A DNA stretch of 64,000 nt from the human T2T-CHM13v2.0 reference genome, Homo sapiens (GCA_009914755.4 CP086569.2:8384001-8448000), one strand, 5' to 3'; counted from the first letter of the stretch, positions 12,575 to 26,176 are shown. Numbers and translations are program-made. Notes: generated from the letters alone by a model not told the origin.

Positions 12575-15088
12575 AATATTTAGCATGGAAGATGGTATGC
12601 CAGACCCACGAATCCCTAGGCCAAGGAGGCACATGTAAGTCAGGAAAAGAAGAAGCAAGTGTGGAGGTCACATCCCACCATGCAGCAGTGGATCTCACTG
12701 ACATTTGGCTCTGCCTATGAAAGCCCTCAAATTGGGAGTTTGCCAGGATGGCCCCAGCTTGCACTCTAAATGTTTCCTGCATGTTGGAGTTGGAGTACTC
12801 CCAACTGAATACTGGGCTAACTTGAGGACTGTTTGTGCAATTAAGGAAATGTGGGGTCTGCTGGAAGCACCTTCTGTGTCATCTGTCTTTAACTATTTGC
12901 AGGTGAAGGTACGGGACCCCATCCACCCCTCACCAGATTGTATCCTCACCCCACCTGATCTTATTGCTGCTTACACTCTATGCCCTAGGATGAAATTCCA
13001 AGACAATGGAGGAGTGACCCCTGACAATGGGAAGTACCTGCTCAGCTAAGAACCAAATTCGAGGTAAATTCATGTGGACAGAACTGTTGGCATTTCTCCT
13101 TAGGATGGCTGCAGGACAATGAAACATTGCAAGATTTCTGTTCTTGAGTGTGGCATGCTGCTCTTCTTTCTAGAAGGGTGGCTTTTTTTGCAGTGATCAG
13201 TTATGCAGACCCCTGCAGGTCATAGCCAGCCTCATAATTCACTGTGAATTCACGATTCACAGAAAAATAAACAGGTAGGCCTACATCCCAGGCAGAGCCA
13301 CACAGGTAGGCCACCGAAGTGTTGGGAGTCTCAAATAGAAGAAGCCCTGCAGTGCGTTATCCACATCCCTTTAAGCAGACTAAACTTACAGGTGTGTGTG
13401 CGTGCGTGCACGCACACACACTCAAACACACAAAACCAAAAAGTCACACCCACACCCAGACATCCAACACTTGGAACACTCCCTCAGAAACACAGAGCCT
13501 GGCAGCTTCTGAGGCTGCACGTGTATGCAGAAAGCCCCACCTGGGAGAGAGAAACTCTGACGAACACAGTGGACTTTACCTAAAAATAACAGTTGGATGA
13601 GTTTCAAAAAGTCTCAACCCTAGAACGTCTAGGCAGGACTGAGAAACCTGGCTAATTTTTTTGTAACCTTAGGACTCGCGGTTTATTCCTTTGGCTCTCC
13701 TTGATGTTTCTTCAGGCTGGCTTATGTCTGCCCTCTTCTAGGAACATGGGACTATCCCGTGAGTCCCACAAAGAAGACAGGCGAAAGTCCACCGCTGTCA
13801 CCCCTCTACGGAGATCTCTTTCTCAGCCAAGTTGCCAGGACTTGTCGCTAGGTAATGGTGACATTTATTGTGATGCTAGCCAGAGCTCACAATCAGGCCT
13901 GGTGCCCTGAGACTAGCGCATGCGCATTCAAGGGTTGCCCGGCTGTTAGAGCTGTCAAACTGTGGAAGCAGAAAAAAACTCTACAAGCAGAGCCGGCCTG
14001 GTGTCGGGAATTAGGATGCCTGCGACAATGCACTGCAGGACCCTAGAAGTCTCGATGTTAGGGACACTTCAGGCTGTCTCCGTGGTCTGTTCCCACAGGA
14101 GGAGGTGTTTAGAGACTGTGAGATGGTCACTGGAAACTGCTCTTCTCACTCCCTTTCCAAAAGAGGCTGTGTGGAAGAATCAGGTCCCATGGGGATTGTA
14201 ATGTAGTCTGATGAGTTGTGGAGGAGTCTTTGGGTGACAGAATTATACCTGAGACACTAGAATTGGGTGCCCACAAATGATGTGGGTGACAGAATTATAC
14301 CCGAGACCCTAGAATTGGGTGCCCACAAATGATGTTTGTGCCCTTATCTTCACTGCCTCCCTCCATTCTGGACCTCACAGGCACTCTCTGTGAAATGCAA
14401 GAAGCATGACAAAGGAAGTCTAAAATGCAGCAGTGTTCTCACACCTCAAACAGGCTTCTCATGAGTGCAGATGAGGTTGAGACAGTGTATTAGAGGACAT
14501 CTGTGGTGATGCCAAGCCTCAAAAGAGTGTCCAGTAGTGCTTTTCAGGGGCACTGTGGACTTCCCAGGAAAGCAAAGAAAAATTAAGCCTCATGAGTGAG
14601 AAAAAGATGGCTTGTGTGGAGTCTAAGAAACATTTAAAATTTCCTATCAGAGAACTCAAAAGCCTCCTGCAAAGTGCAACCAACCTCAGCACCCACAATG
14701 AGACTCTGACCTACAACCTGGAGTGCTACCAAACCTAACCCGAGTCCCATTTGCTCCCTGAAATCCCTGGCAGCCCACAGATCTGTGGCAAGAGGCAGAC
14801 CCATCCATCAACAATCCAGTGAAAGACCACATCCACAGTGAGAAAGGACATGCAGATGCAATGAGACACAGCATAGATTACCAGGCAAAAGCCAGACATG
14901 GCTCCCTGCTTCTCATACTACAGGAATCATGCAGCACTCCGATAAAAGTTGTAGAACAAAAGCTTCCTTGTTGGCGGATGTAATAGGAATTTATGGTTTA
15001 AAAATTATCACAGCTGCCCAGTCATTAAAACGTGAAAGTGTTTAGAAGGAAACACTCACCCAGTGGATTCCCTTGAGGGTCGTCTTCT
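12575..15088 (+). repeat. Array unit 6, about 2.51 kb. It contains a 55-bp tandem duplication at about 14225-14335.
   Basis: Bounded by anchor motifs. 'gggtgacagaattatacc(t/c)gagac(a/c)ctagaattgggtgcccacaaatgatgt' occurs twice back to back. Confidence 0.9.
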
Positions 15089-17576
15089 GTGAACTGGGAG
15101 ACGTTTAACATGGAAGACACTGAGCCAGACCAAGGAAACCCTAGGCTGACAAGGAACATGGAAGACAGGAAAAGAAGAAGCAAGTGTGGTGGCCATATCC
15201 CATCTTGCATCTATCAATCTCACTTTCAAGTGGAGCCAAGTAGGAAAGCTCTCAAATTGGGAGTTTGCCAGGATGGCCCCAGTTTGCACATCAAATATTC
15301 TCTGCATGTTGGCGTACTCCCACCTGAACATCAGGCCATAGTGTGGACTACTTGTGTAATTAAGGACATGTGAGGATGCAGTTGGAATCAATTTCTGTGT
15401 CATCTGTCTTTACATTTTTTCCAGGTGAAGGAGTGGGACCCCATCCACCCCTCACCAGATTGCATCTTCAACCCTATCTGACCTTTTTGCTGCTTATACT
15501 CTCTGTCCCTGAAGGAAATGCCAAGATGATCTAGGAGTGCCCTCTCATGACTTGAAGCACCTGCTCGGCTAGGAACCAAATTCGAGATAAATTCAAGGGG
15601 CCCTGTGGACAAGCATGCAGGTGTTTCTTCCTGGAATGGCAGCAGAACAATGAATTACTGAGGGAAGTCTGTCCTTGGGTATGGTGTGCTCCTCTTCTTT
15701 CTTGAAGAGTAGCTTTTTTTGCAGGCAGAGGTGATGCGGACCTTGGCATGTCACAAGCAGCCTCCCAGTTCATTTTGCATTCATGATACAGGGAAAAATA
15801 AAAAAACACGGAGACCTGCAGCCCAAGTAGAGCCACACAAGCCACCTAAAGGTTGGGAGACTCAAAAAAAAAAAAAAGAGTTCAGTGTGCTAGCCACATA
15901 CCTTTAAGCAAATTCCACTTACAAGCACACACACAGACAAACACACACACAGAAACACACAATACCAAAAAAGCCACACCCACATGCATACATCAAAGAC
16001 TCACAACACTTTCACAGAAACACACAGCCTGGCAGTTTCTGAGGCTGCAGTTTCTGAGGCTGCATGGTTCGGCAGGAAGACTTACCTGGGAGAGAGCAAT
16101 TGTGGGGAACACAGGTATGGTGCACCTAGAAACCACAGTGAGGCAAGTTTCAAAAAGACTTTCCTCTACATGCCTAGGCAGGCCTGAGGCATTCTATAGA
16201 TAGAGATTTCACATTTTATTCCTGGGGTTGGCTTGACCTGTCTTCCAGTTGGCTCATGTCTGCCCTCTTCTAGGATCACGGGAATATCCCTTGGATCCCA
16301 CAGAGCAGACAGGTGAAAGTCCACTGCCGATGCACCTCCAAGAAAGTCTCCTTCTTTGCCAAGCTGCAGTGACTTCTCACTAGGCAATGTTGTCATTCAT
16401 TGTGACACTAGCCAGAGCTTACAGCTCAGGCTTGGTGTCCTGAGACTAGTGTATATGCATTCTCAGCACCTGACAGGCAGAGCTGTCAGCCCACCTAAGC
16501 AGACAAAAATGGTACAGGCAGGGCAGGCCTCGTATCAGGACAAATTGCTTCATGCGATAACCCACTGTAGAACCCTAAAAGTCTCGAACTTAAGGACCCT
16601 TCGGGTCATACCCATGATCTAGTCCCACTGGAGAAGGAGGCATTTCAAGACTCTGAGGAGGTTACTGAGATCTGCTCTTCTGACTTCATTCCTGGAAGAG
16701 ACTGTGTGGGAGAATCAGGTCCCATGTGAATTGGAATGTTGTCTCGTGAGTTGTGGAGGGTTGTTTGGGTGATAGAATCATACCTGTGACCCCAGAGGTG
16801 GGTGTCAGTGAAAGATGGCTGGGACTTTAACCTCACTGCCTCCCTTCCTCCTGGGGCTCACAGGGGCTCTTGGGGAAAGGCAGGCAGCATGACAAAGGCA
16901 AGTCAAAAGTAGAGCAGAGTTCTTATACCTTGAACTGGCCTCCCTCTCATGGGTGCAGAAGAGGATGAGACTGTGTCTCAGGGATCATCTCTGGTGATTG
17001 CAATCCTGAAAATATTGTCAGATAGTGCTGTTGAATGGCACTGTGGACCTCCCATGAAAGCAAAGGATAATCAAGGCTTATATAACAGAATGAGCTGCCT
17101 TGTGCTGTGGTCCAAGCAACATTCAGAGATTTCTGTCAGAGGACCCAAAAGCCTCCTGCAAAGTGCTAACAACCTCAGCCTCCACAACAAAACCATGATC
17201 CCAAACCTAAAGCACAGCCAGCATACTTGAAGTCCTTTTTGTTCTCCAAAATCTCTGGCAGCCAATAAATATCTGATGGAAGGAAACCCCATCCAGCAAC
17301 AGCCCAATGAAAGATTCCTCCACAATGAAAAAAGACAAGCAGATGAAATGAAACAGAGCCTAGATTCCCAGGCAAAAGCTAGATATGACTGCCTGCTCCT
17401 CATCCTACAGGAATCAAGCAGCCCTCCGATAAAAGCTGGATAACGAGAGTTTCCTTGTTAGAGACTATAAAAGAAATTTACAGTTTTAAAAATATCAAAG
17501 CTGCCCAGTCATTAAAACCTGACAGTGTTTAGAAGAAAACACTTATGGAATGGATTCCCTTGAGTGTCGTCTTCTG
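15089..17576 (+). repeat. Array unit 7, about 2.49 kb.
   Basis: Bounded by anchor motifs. A 15-bp direct duplication 'cagtttctgaggctg' x2 lies at about 16040. Confidence 0.9.
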
Positions 17577-18639
17577 TGAAATGGGAAACATTTAGCATGG
17601 AAGACATAGAGTCAGATCTAGGAGCCCCTATGCCAATGAGGAACATGGAAGTTGGGAAAAGAAGAGGCAAGTGAGTTGACCATATCAAACTTTGCGTAAA
17701 AGGATTTGTCTCCCATTTGGATCCAGGTGTGAAATCCTTCAAATAGGGAGTTTTCTGGGATGGCCCAGTTTGCACTCCAAACATTCCATGCATATTAGGG
17801 TGCTCCCACCTGTACACTGGCCCATGGTGTGGACTGGTTATGTAATTAAAGTAATGTGGGGATGCAGTTGGAAGCACCTTCTGTGTCATCTGCCTTCTGT
17901 GTCATTTTTTGTAGGTGAAGGTGCAGGACCCCATCCACCTCTCACCAGCTTATATCCTCACCTTTATCTGATGATATGGCTACTCAAACTCTCTGTCCTA
18001 AAAAGATATCTGAAGATGATGGAGGAGTGCCCCTTCACCAAGTGAAGATCATGCTCGGCTAGGAACCGAAAATGAAGTAAATTCAAGGGGCCCTATGGAC
18101 AGAATTGCTAGTGTTTCTCCATATAAAAAAACTCAAGGCTTGCCTAAGAGAATGAGTTGACTTTTGCTGGAGTCCAAGCAATGTTCAAAAACTCCTGTCA
18201 GAGGACCCAAAAGCCTTCCGCAAAGTGCAAACAACTTCATCCTCCAGAATGAGACCAAGGCCCACAACCAGAAATGCAGCCAGCCTACCCAAAGTGCATT
18301 TTGCTCCCTAAAATCAGTAACAGCCAAAAGATTTGTGGTGAGTGGCAGTCACGTCCAGCAATGGCCCAATTAAAGATACCCTCCACAATGAGAAAGGTCT
18401 TGCAGTTGAAATGATACAGACTGTAAATTACCAGGCGAAAGCCAGACAATTCTGCATGCTTCTCATCCTACAGTAAACATGCAGCCCTCCAAAAGAATTG
18501 GGAGAACAAGAGTTTCCTTGTTGGCATCTGTAATGGGAATTTATTGTTTTAAAAGTATTACAGATTCCCAGTCATTAAATCGTGATAGTGTTTAGAAGGA
18601 AACACATGCAAACCATTCCTATGAGGGTTGTCATCCATG
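17577..18639 (+). repeat. Array unit 8, about 1.06 kb, with about 1.4 kb of the middle deleted.
   Basis: The start block at 17577 to about 18120 ('...ggactgctagtgtttctccatat') abuts directly on the late block 'aaaaaactcaaggcttgcctaagagaatgagttgacttttgctggagtccaagcaatgttc' at about 18125. Confidence 0.85.
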
Positions 18640-19786
18640 AACTGGGAAGCATTTATTATGAAAGACATTGAACCAGGCCTAGGAAACTCTACGCCAACAA
18701 GGAACACGAAAGTCGGGAAAAGAAGAGGCAAGTGTGGAGTCCACATGCCCTCCAGGATCAATGCATCCCACTTTTTTTTTTCTCTCCAGGTACAAAAGCC
18801 CTCCAATTGGGAGTTTTCCAGGATGGTCCAAGTTTGCACTACCAATGTTCCCTGCACATTGAAGTACTCCCACCTGAACACTGGGCCATGGTGTTGATGG
18901 CTTGTGTAATTAAGGGAATGCAAATATGCAGTTGGAAGCACCTTCTGTGTAATCTGTCTTCACCATTTTTACAGGTGAATGTGTGGTTCCCCATCCACTG
19001 CTCACCAGATTGTATCTTCCCACCAATCTGATCTTATTGCTGCTAGCACTCTCTGTCCTAGAATAAAATCCTGATAGAGGCTAGCCCCATTATAATGAAA
19101 AGCACCTGCTTGGCTGAGAATCAAATTTGAAGTAAATGCAAGTGGCCTGTGGACAGGACTGTTACTGTCTCTCCCTGGGTATGCTTCAGAACATGAAACA
19201 CTTGGGGATGTCTGTTCTTCAGTGTGGTTTTCTCTTCTTTTTTCTAGAAGAGTGTTTCTGTTTGTTTGTTTGTGTGTTTGTTTTTTCCCAAGGGGGCCAT
19301 AATTTGATTTTGACATGTTTCAGCCACCCTCCCAATTCACTGCAGATTCATGATCCACAAAAAAATAAAGAACACGGAGTCCTGCAGACCAAGCAGGGCC
19401 ACACAGAGAGGCCACCAAAAGTTTGGGAGATTCAAAACTAAGAAGCACTGCAGTGCAATAGCCATATTCCTTTAAGCAGATTCCACTTACAGGCACACAC
19501 ACAAACACATGCACATACAAAGCCACACCAACACTCCCAACACTCCCACAGAAACACAGCCCGAGAGCTTCTGAGGCTGTGTTGTTCTGCCAGAAGCCCC
19601 ACTTGGAAGAGAACAACTCTAGGGAACACAGGTCGGCTGAACCTAGAAATCATAGTGGAATAAGTTTCAAAAAGATTAACTGATACAATGTCTAGGCAGG
19701 CCTGAGGCCTTTTGCAGGTCCTTTTTGATCCTTAGAGATTTCACACTTTATTCCCGGGGCTCTGCTTGATGTTTCTTCAGGCTGTC
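18640..19786 (+). repeat. Array unit 9, about 1.15 kb, 3'-truncated.
   Basis: The unit runs normally from the anchor through the poly-T, (CA)n and '...tgatgtttcttcaggctgtcttgca' blocks. At about 19787 it is joined directly to the early part of the next unit, 'cccagcatcaatctattgcaattttatttggctatagctatgaaagccctaaaatcagg'. Confidence 0.8.
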
Positions 19787-22134
19787 TTGCACCCAGCATC
19801 AATCTATTGCAATTTTATTTGGCTATAGCTATGAAAGCCCTAAAATCAGGAGTTTGCCAGGATAACCCCAATTTGCACTCCAAATGTTCCTTACACGTTG
19901 GAATACTCCCACCTGAAAACTGGGCCATGGTGTGGTCTATATGTGCTATTAAGGGAATGCAGAAATGGAGTTGGAAGCACATTCTGTGTGATCTGTCTTT
20001 TTTTTTTCAGCTGAAGTTGCAGGACCCCATCTACCCCTCACCAGATTGTATCCCCACTTTTATCTTATTGCTGCTGCCTTATCACTGCTGACACTCTATG
20101 TCCTATGGTGAAATCCCACAGACAATGGAAAGTGCCCCTCATGACCTGAAGCAACTGCTTGGCTGAGAACCGAATTCAAGGTAAATTCAAAAGGCCCTGT
20201 AAACAAGACTGCTAGAGTGTTCCCTGGGTTTCCCTCAGGACAATGAATCTCTGGGAGAAGTCTGATTTTTGGTGTGGTGTGCTCCTCTTCTTTCTAGAAG
20301 AGTGGCTTTTTTTTTGCATGGGGAGGTGATTGGATGCCAGCATGCCTTAGCCTGCCTCCCAATTCACTGTGAATTTATGATCCACAGAAAAATAAAGAAC
20401 ACTGAGCCCAGCATCTCAAGCAGAGCCACACAGACAGGCCACCAAAAGTTTGGAGTCTCAAAAAAAAAGAAGGGCTGAAGTTCATTATCCACATTCCTTT
20501 AAGCAGACTCTACTTACAGGCACACATAGACATACACACAGACACAAAAACCCACAAAGCCACACACACATGCAAACATCCAATACTCACAACTCTGTCA
20601 CAGACACACACAGCCCTGCACTTCTTGAGGCTTCATGGTTCTGCAGGAAGCCCCACCTGGAAGAGAGCAACCCTGGAGAACACAGGCATTATATGTACCT
20701 ATGAATCACAGGCCAAGTTTCAAAAAGAGTCACCCCTACAACATCTAGGCAGGCCTGACGGAACCTGCAGATCCTTTTGGATCCTTATGGATTTTGCTGC
20801 TTAATCCTAGGGCTGTGCTTGAGGTTTCTTCAGGCTGGCTCATGTCTATGCTTTCCTAGGATCATGGGACTATGTCGAGGATTCCAAAGAGAAGACAGGT
20901 GAGAGTCCTCCGCAGACCCTCCCCCACAGAGGTCTCCTATTCCACCAATCCACAGGGACTTGAGCTAGGCAAAGATGACATTCATTGTAATGCTTGATAT
21001 AGCTCACAATTAAGCCTGGTGCCCTGAGATTAGGACATGGGCATTCTTGAGGCGGTCTCAGGCACCTGCCTGTAACAGCTGCCAGCCTGCCTAAGCAGAG
21101 GCAAATAGTACAGCCAGAGCCAACCTGGTATCAGGAAAAGGCTGCCTGTGAAAACCCACTGCGGGATCTTAAAAGTCTGGACCTCAGGGCCCTTTTGGTG
21201 TGTCTCCATTGTCATGTTTTGCTGGAGGAGGAGGGGTTTTCAGACTGTGAGGTGGTCGCTGAAAACTGCTCTTCTGACTCAATTCCTGAAAAAGGCCGTG
21301 TGCAAGAATCAGGTCCCATTGAGACTGGAATACTGTCTGGTTTGTTTTTGATGGTTCCTTGCGTGATAGAATCATATCTGAGACCCCAGAGGTGGGTGTC
21401 AGTGAAAATGGCCAGGACCTTTAACTCACTTCCTCCCTTCATTCTATGCCTCCCAGGGGCACTTTGGGAAAGGCAGGAACCATGAAAGAGGCAAGTCCAA
21501 GGTGGATCAGTGTTCCCACACTTCGGACTCACTGCTCAAGACTGAGATGAGGTTGAGACAGTGTCTCTGAGGTAGTCTGTGGTGATGGCAATCCTGAAAA
21601 AGGTGTCCACTAGTGCTGTTGAGGGGCACAGTGGATTCCCCATGAAAACAAACAAACAAAATCAAGGGTTTCCTGAGAGAACGAGCTTCCTTGTGATAGA
21701 GTCAAAGCAATGTTCAATTATTCCTGTAAGGGGACCCAACACCCTCCAGCAAAGTTCAAACCACCTCATCCCCCACAACCAGAAAACCACCCACAACCTA
21801 AAGCACAGCCAGGCTACCCAAAGTCAATTTTGCTCTCTTAAATAGTTAGCAGCTAAATAATCTTTGGCAAAGGGCAGTCCCACCCAGCAAAAGCCCAATG
21901 AAAAACACCATCCACAATGAGGAGGCTGTGCAGATAAAATAAAATAGAGGATAGACTGCCAGCCAAAAGCTAGACATGGCTGTCTGTTTCTCATCCTACA
22001 GAAATCATGCAGCACTCTGATAGAAGTGGGAGAACAAGAGTTTCCTTGCTCATGGCTGTAATGGGAATTTACTGTAGCTTCTAAGTCATTAAAACGTGAC
22101 AGTGTTTAGAAGGAAACACTCATGGAATGGATTT
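19787..22134 (+). repeat. Array unit 10, about 2.35 kb. It lacks about the first 90 bp of the 5' end because of the junction with unit 9.
   Basis: It starts inside the 'cccagcatcaatcc...' block and runs through canonical landmarks to the anchor motif at 22135. Confidence 0.85.
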
Positions 22135-22961
22135 CCATGAGGGTATTTCTTCATGAACTGGGAAACATTTTGTGTGGAAGTCCTTGAGACAGAAGCAGAA
22201 AATTCTAGGCCAGTAAAGTACATGGACATCAAAAAAAGAAGAGGTAAACATGGAGGTCCATATCCTACACAGCATCAAGCCATTCCACTCACATTTGTCT
22301 CCGAGTATGAAAGCCCTCAAAGAAGGAGTATGCCATTATATCCCCAATTAGCACTCCAGATGTTCCTTGGACATTGGAGTACTCCCATCTGAACACCAGG
22401 CCAAGGCATGGACTGAATGTGTAATTAAGGGAATGCAGGGATGGAGTTAGAAGCACCTTCTATGTCATCTGTCTTCATTTTTATTTCAGGTGAAGTTGTG
22501 GGATCCCATCCTCTCCTCACCATTGTATCCTCACCCATAACTGACCTTACTGCTACTCACACTCTATGTTCCAGGATGAAATTCCAAGATGATGGAGGAG
22601 TGCCCTCCCATGACATGAAGCACCTCCTCAGCTGGCAACCGAATTTGAGATAAATATGGACAGTACTGCTAGTACTTTTACCTGCGTTGGCCACAGGACA
22701 ATGAAACACTGGAAGATGTCTGGTTTTGTGTGTTGTGCTCCTTCTTTCTAGAGGAGTGTTTTTTTTTTGCAGGGGTAGGTTATTTGGACACCAGCGAGAC
22801 TTTGTAAGCCTCCCAATTCACTTCAAATTCATGATCCACAGAAAAATAAAGAACAAGGAGCCTCATAGCACAATCAGAGCCACACAGAAAAGCCGTCAAA
22901 AGGGTTTAAGACTCATAAAAAGTAACGCCTAAGTGGGTGAGCTACATTTCTTTAAGTAGAC

Positions 22962-22975
22962 TCCACTTATAGGCA

Positions 22976-23008
<33 letters not shown>

Positions 23009-23738
23009 CATAAACCCTCAGTGCTGCACACACATGCAGACATCCAAAACTTGCAACACTCACAGAAACACACAACCAGGCAGCTTCTGAGGCTGCATAA
23101 TTTGGCAGAGAGCCCCACCTCGGAAAGAGCAACCCCAAGGAAAACAGGCAGGCTGTGCTTATCAATCACAGTGGGGAAAGTTTCAACAACACCTCAACAA
23201 CATCTAGGCACTTCTGAATAATCCTGCGAACATTTTTGGATGCTTAGGGATTTTGCGGTTTATTCCTGGAGCTGTGCTTGAGGTTTATTCAGGCTGGCTC
23301 CCATCTGCCCTCTCCTAGGATTATGGAAATATCCCATGGATCCCACAGAAAAGACAAGCAAGTCACTACACACATCCACAGTGCTCTCCTTCATTGACAA
23401 GCTTCAGGAACTTGTCGGGAGGCAATGGTGACATTCATTGTGACCTTAGCCAGAGCTCACAATCAACCATGGTGCACTGAGACTAGCTCATGCACATTCA
23501 TCAGGCAGATTCAGGCACCTGGCTGTCAGAGCTGTCAGCCTTCCTCAGTAGAGGAAAATGCTACAGTCGGCACTGGCCTGGTATCAGGAAAATAGATGCC
23601 TGCAAAAACCCACTGTGGGACCCTAAAAGTCTTGACCTCAGGTCCCCTTTGTGCTGTCTCTGTTGTCAGGATCCACTAAAGGAGGAAGTGTATCAAGACT
23701 CTGAGGTGGTCTGTGGAAACTGCTCTTCTGTCTCCATT
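22962..23738 (+). repeat. Source copy (left arm) of the intra-unit inverted duplication.
   Basis: It runs from the (CA)n tract at about 22975-23010 to '...ctgaggtggtctgtggaaactgctcttctgtctcc'. The reverse complement of its end matches the sequence starting at 24127. The supplied ORFs at 23490-23792 (+) and 24113-24379 (-) encode virtually identical peptides, as do those at 22942-23169 (-) and 24700-24897 (+), which confirms a near-identical inverted copy. Confidence 0.9.
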
Positions 23739-24126
23739 TTTGAAAGGCTGTGTGCAATAATTGGGTCCTGTGGAGATTGGAGTATAGTCTGAATTATTGT
23801 TGAGGGTTCTTTGGGTGATAGAATCATACCTGAAACCCCAGGGGCTTGTGTCAGTGAAAGATGACCAGGCCCTTGAACTCACTGCCTCCCTTTATCCTGG
23901 GCCTCCCATGGACTCTCTGGGAAGGGCAGGAGCCACAATAAAGGCTAGTCAAATGTGGAGCATTGTTCTCACCCCTCAGACTGGCCTCTCACTGGTGAAG
24001 ATGTGGTTCAGACAGTGTCTCAGAGGCCATCTGTGGTGATGGCAAGCCTAAAAACGGTGTCCAGTAGTGGTGTTAAGGGGCACTGCGGATTGTCCATGAA
24101 AGCAAAGAAAAATTAAGGCTTGCCTG

Positions 24127-24859
24127 AGAGAATGGAGACAGAAGAGCAGTTTCCACAGACCACCTCAGAGTCTTGATACACTTCCTCCTTTAGTGGATCC
24201 TGACAACAGAGACAGCACAAAGGGGACCTGAGGTCAAGACTTTTAGGGTCCCACAGTGGGTTTTTGCAGGCATCTATTTTCCTGATACCAGGCCAGTGCT
24301 GACTGTAGCATTTTCCTCTACTGAGGAAGGCTGACAGCTCTGACAGCCAGGTGCCTGAATCTGCCTGATGAATGTGCATGAGCTAGTCTCAGTGCACCAT
24401 GGTTGATTGTGAGCTCTGGCTAAGGTCACAATGAATGTCACCATTGCCTCCCGACAAGTTCCTGCAGCTTTTCAATGAAGGAGACCACTGTGGAGGTGTG
24501 TAGTGACTTGCCTGTCTTTTCTGTGGGATCCATGGGATATTTCCATAATCCTAGGAGAGGGCAGATGGGAGCCAGCCTGAATAAACCTCAAGCACAGCTC
24601 CAGGAATAAACCGCAAAATCCCTAAGGATCCAAAAATGTTCGCAGGATTTTTCAGAAGTGCCTAGATGTTGGTGAGGTGTTTTTGAAACTTTCCCCACTG
24701 TGATTGATAAGCACAGCCTGCCTGTTTTCCTTGGGGTTGCTCTTTCTGAGGTGGGGCTCTCTGCCAAATTATGCAGCCTCAGAAGCTGCCTGGTTGTGTG
24801 TTTCTGTGAGTGTTCAAGTTTTGGATGTCTGCATGTGTGTGCAGCACTGAGGGTTTATG

Positions 24860-24892
<33 letters not shown>

Positions 24893-24903
24893 TGTGAATG
24901 CTG
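24127..24903 (-). repeat. Inverted duplicate (right arm) of 22962-23738. Together they form a palindrome with about 0.78 kb arms and a spacer of about 388 bp.
   Basis: 'ggagacagaagagcagtttccacagaccacctcagagtcttgatacacttcc...' at 24127 is the reverse complement of 23700-23738. The arm ends in a (GT)n tract at about 24860-24897, the complement of the (CA)n tract at the start of the left arm. Confidence 0.9.
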
Positions 24904-25371
24904 GAGTCAAAGCAATGTTCAAAGATTCCTGTCAGAGGACCCCAAAACCTCCTGCAAATTGCAAGCAACCTCAGCCCCCAAAACGAGACCATGAACCACA
25001 AACTTAAGTGCAGCCAGGCTCCCTGATGTCCCTTTTGCTGTCTGAAATCCCTGTCAGATAAATAATCTGTGGTGAAAGGCAATCCCATCCAGCAGTGGCT
25101 CAATGAAAGAGCACCTCCACAATGAGAAGGTCATGCAGATGAAATGAAACAGAGGCTAGATTACCAGGTAAAAACCCACGCACATCCACTTGCTTCTCAT
25201 CCTGCAATAATTATTCAGCCCTCCAATAGAAATGGGAGAACAAGAGTTTTCTTGTTGGAAGCTGTAATGGGAATTTACCATTTTAAAATTATCAAAGCTG
25301 CCCAGTCATTAAACATGAAAATGTTTAGAAGGAAAATATCCCCCAGTGGATTCCTATGATGGTCATTCTCC

Positions 25372-26176
25372 ATGAACTGGGAAATGTTTAGTGTGGAAGT
25401 CATTGAGCCAGACACAAGAAACCCTAGACCACTGAGGAACATGGAAATCAGGAAATGAAGAGGGAAGTGTGGAGGTCACATCACATCCAGCATCAATTCA
25501 TTCCACTCCCATTTGGCTCCTGGTATGAAAGCTTTCAAATCAGGAGTTTGCCAGGATGGTCCCAATTTGCACACCAAATGTTCCTTACACGTTGGAGTAC
25601 TCCCATATGAACATATGGGGATAGAGTTGGAAGCAACTTCTGTTTCATTTGTCTTCATTTGCTTGCAGGTGAAGATGTGGTACCATATCCACCACTCACC
25701 AGATTGTATCCTCACCCCTATCTGACCTGATTGCTACTCACAATCTATCTCCCAGGATGAAATCCCAAGAAAATAGAGGAGTAACCCCTCTTGATGTGAA
25801 GCACCTGCTTGACTGGCAATTGAATTTCAGGTAAATTCAAGGGGAGCTGGGGACAGGATTACAAGTGTCTCTCCCTGATTTGGCCTGAGGACAACACTGA
25901 GAGATGTCTGTTTTTTGGTGTGGTGTGCTCCTCTTCTTCCTAGAAGGATGCTTTTTTTTTCTTTTTTGAAGGGGAATAATTTAGATGCTGGCAGATCTTG
26001 GCCAGCCTCTGAATTCATGGCAGATTCACAATTTACAGAAAATTAAAGAACACGAAGCCCCACTGCTGAAGCAGAGCTTCACAGAGAGGCCACTGAAATG
26101 CTGGGGAACTAAAAAATAATAATAATAATCATTAAAGTGCATTAGCCAAATTCCTTTAACCTGACTGCACTTATGG

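Larger units (their letters stand above)
22135..25371 (+). repeat. Array unit 11, about 3.24 kb. It contains an inserted inverted duplicate of its own internal segment.
   Basis: See the palindrome arm features at 22962-23738 and 24127-24903. The host unit sequence resumes exactly where it left off: '...gcttgcctgagagaatgg' at 24126 and 'gaatgctggagtcaaagcaatgttcaaag' at about 24898. Confidence 0.9.

Noticed and set aside
23490-24379. Two nearly identical ORFs, 100 aa on + and 88 aa on -, that look like a duplicated gene pair.
   Set aside because: They are the two arms of the inverted duplication of non-coding repeat sequence. Equivalent positions in other units have no such ORF. The peptides are low-complexity and have no recognisable domain.
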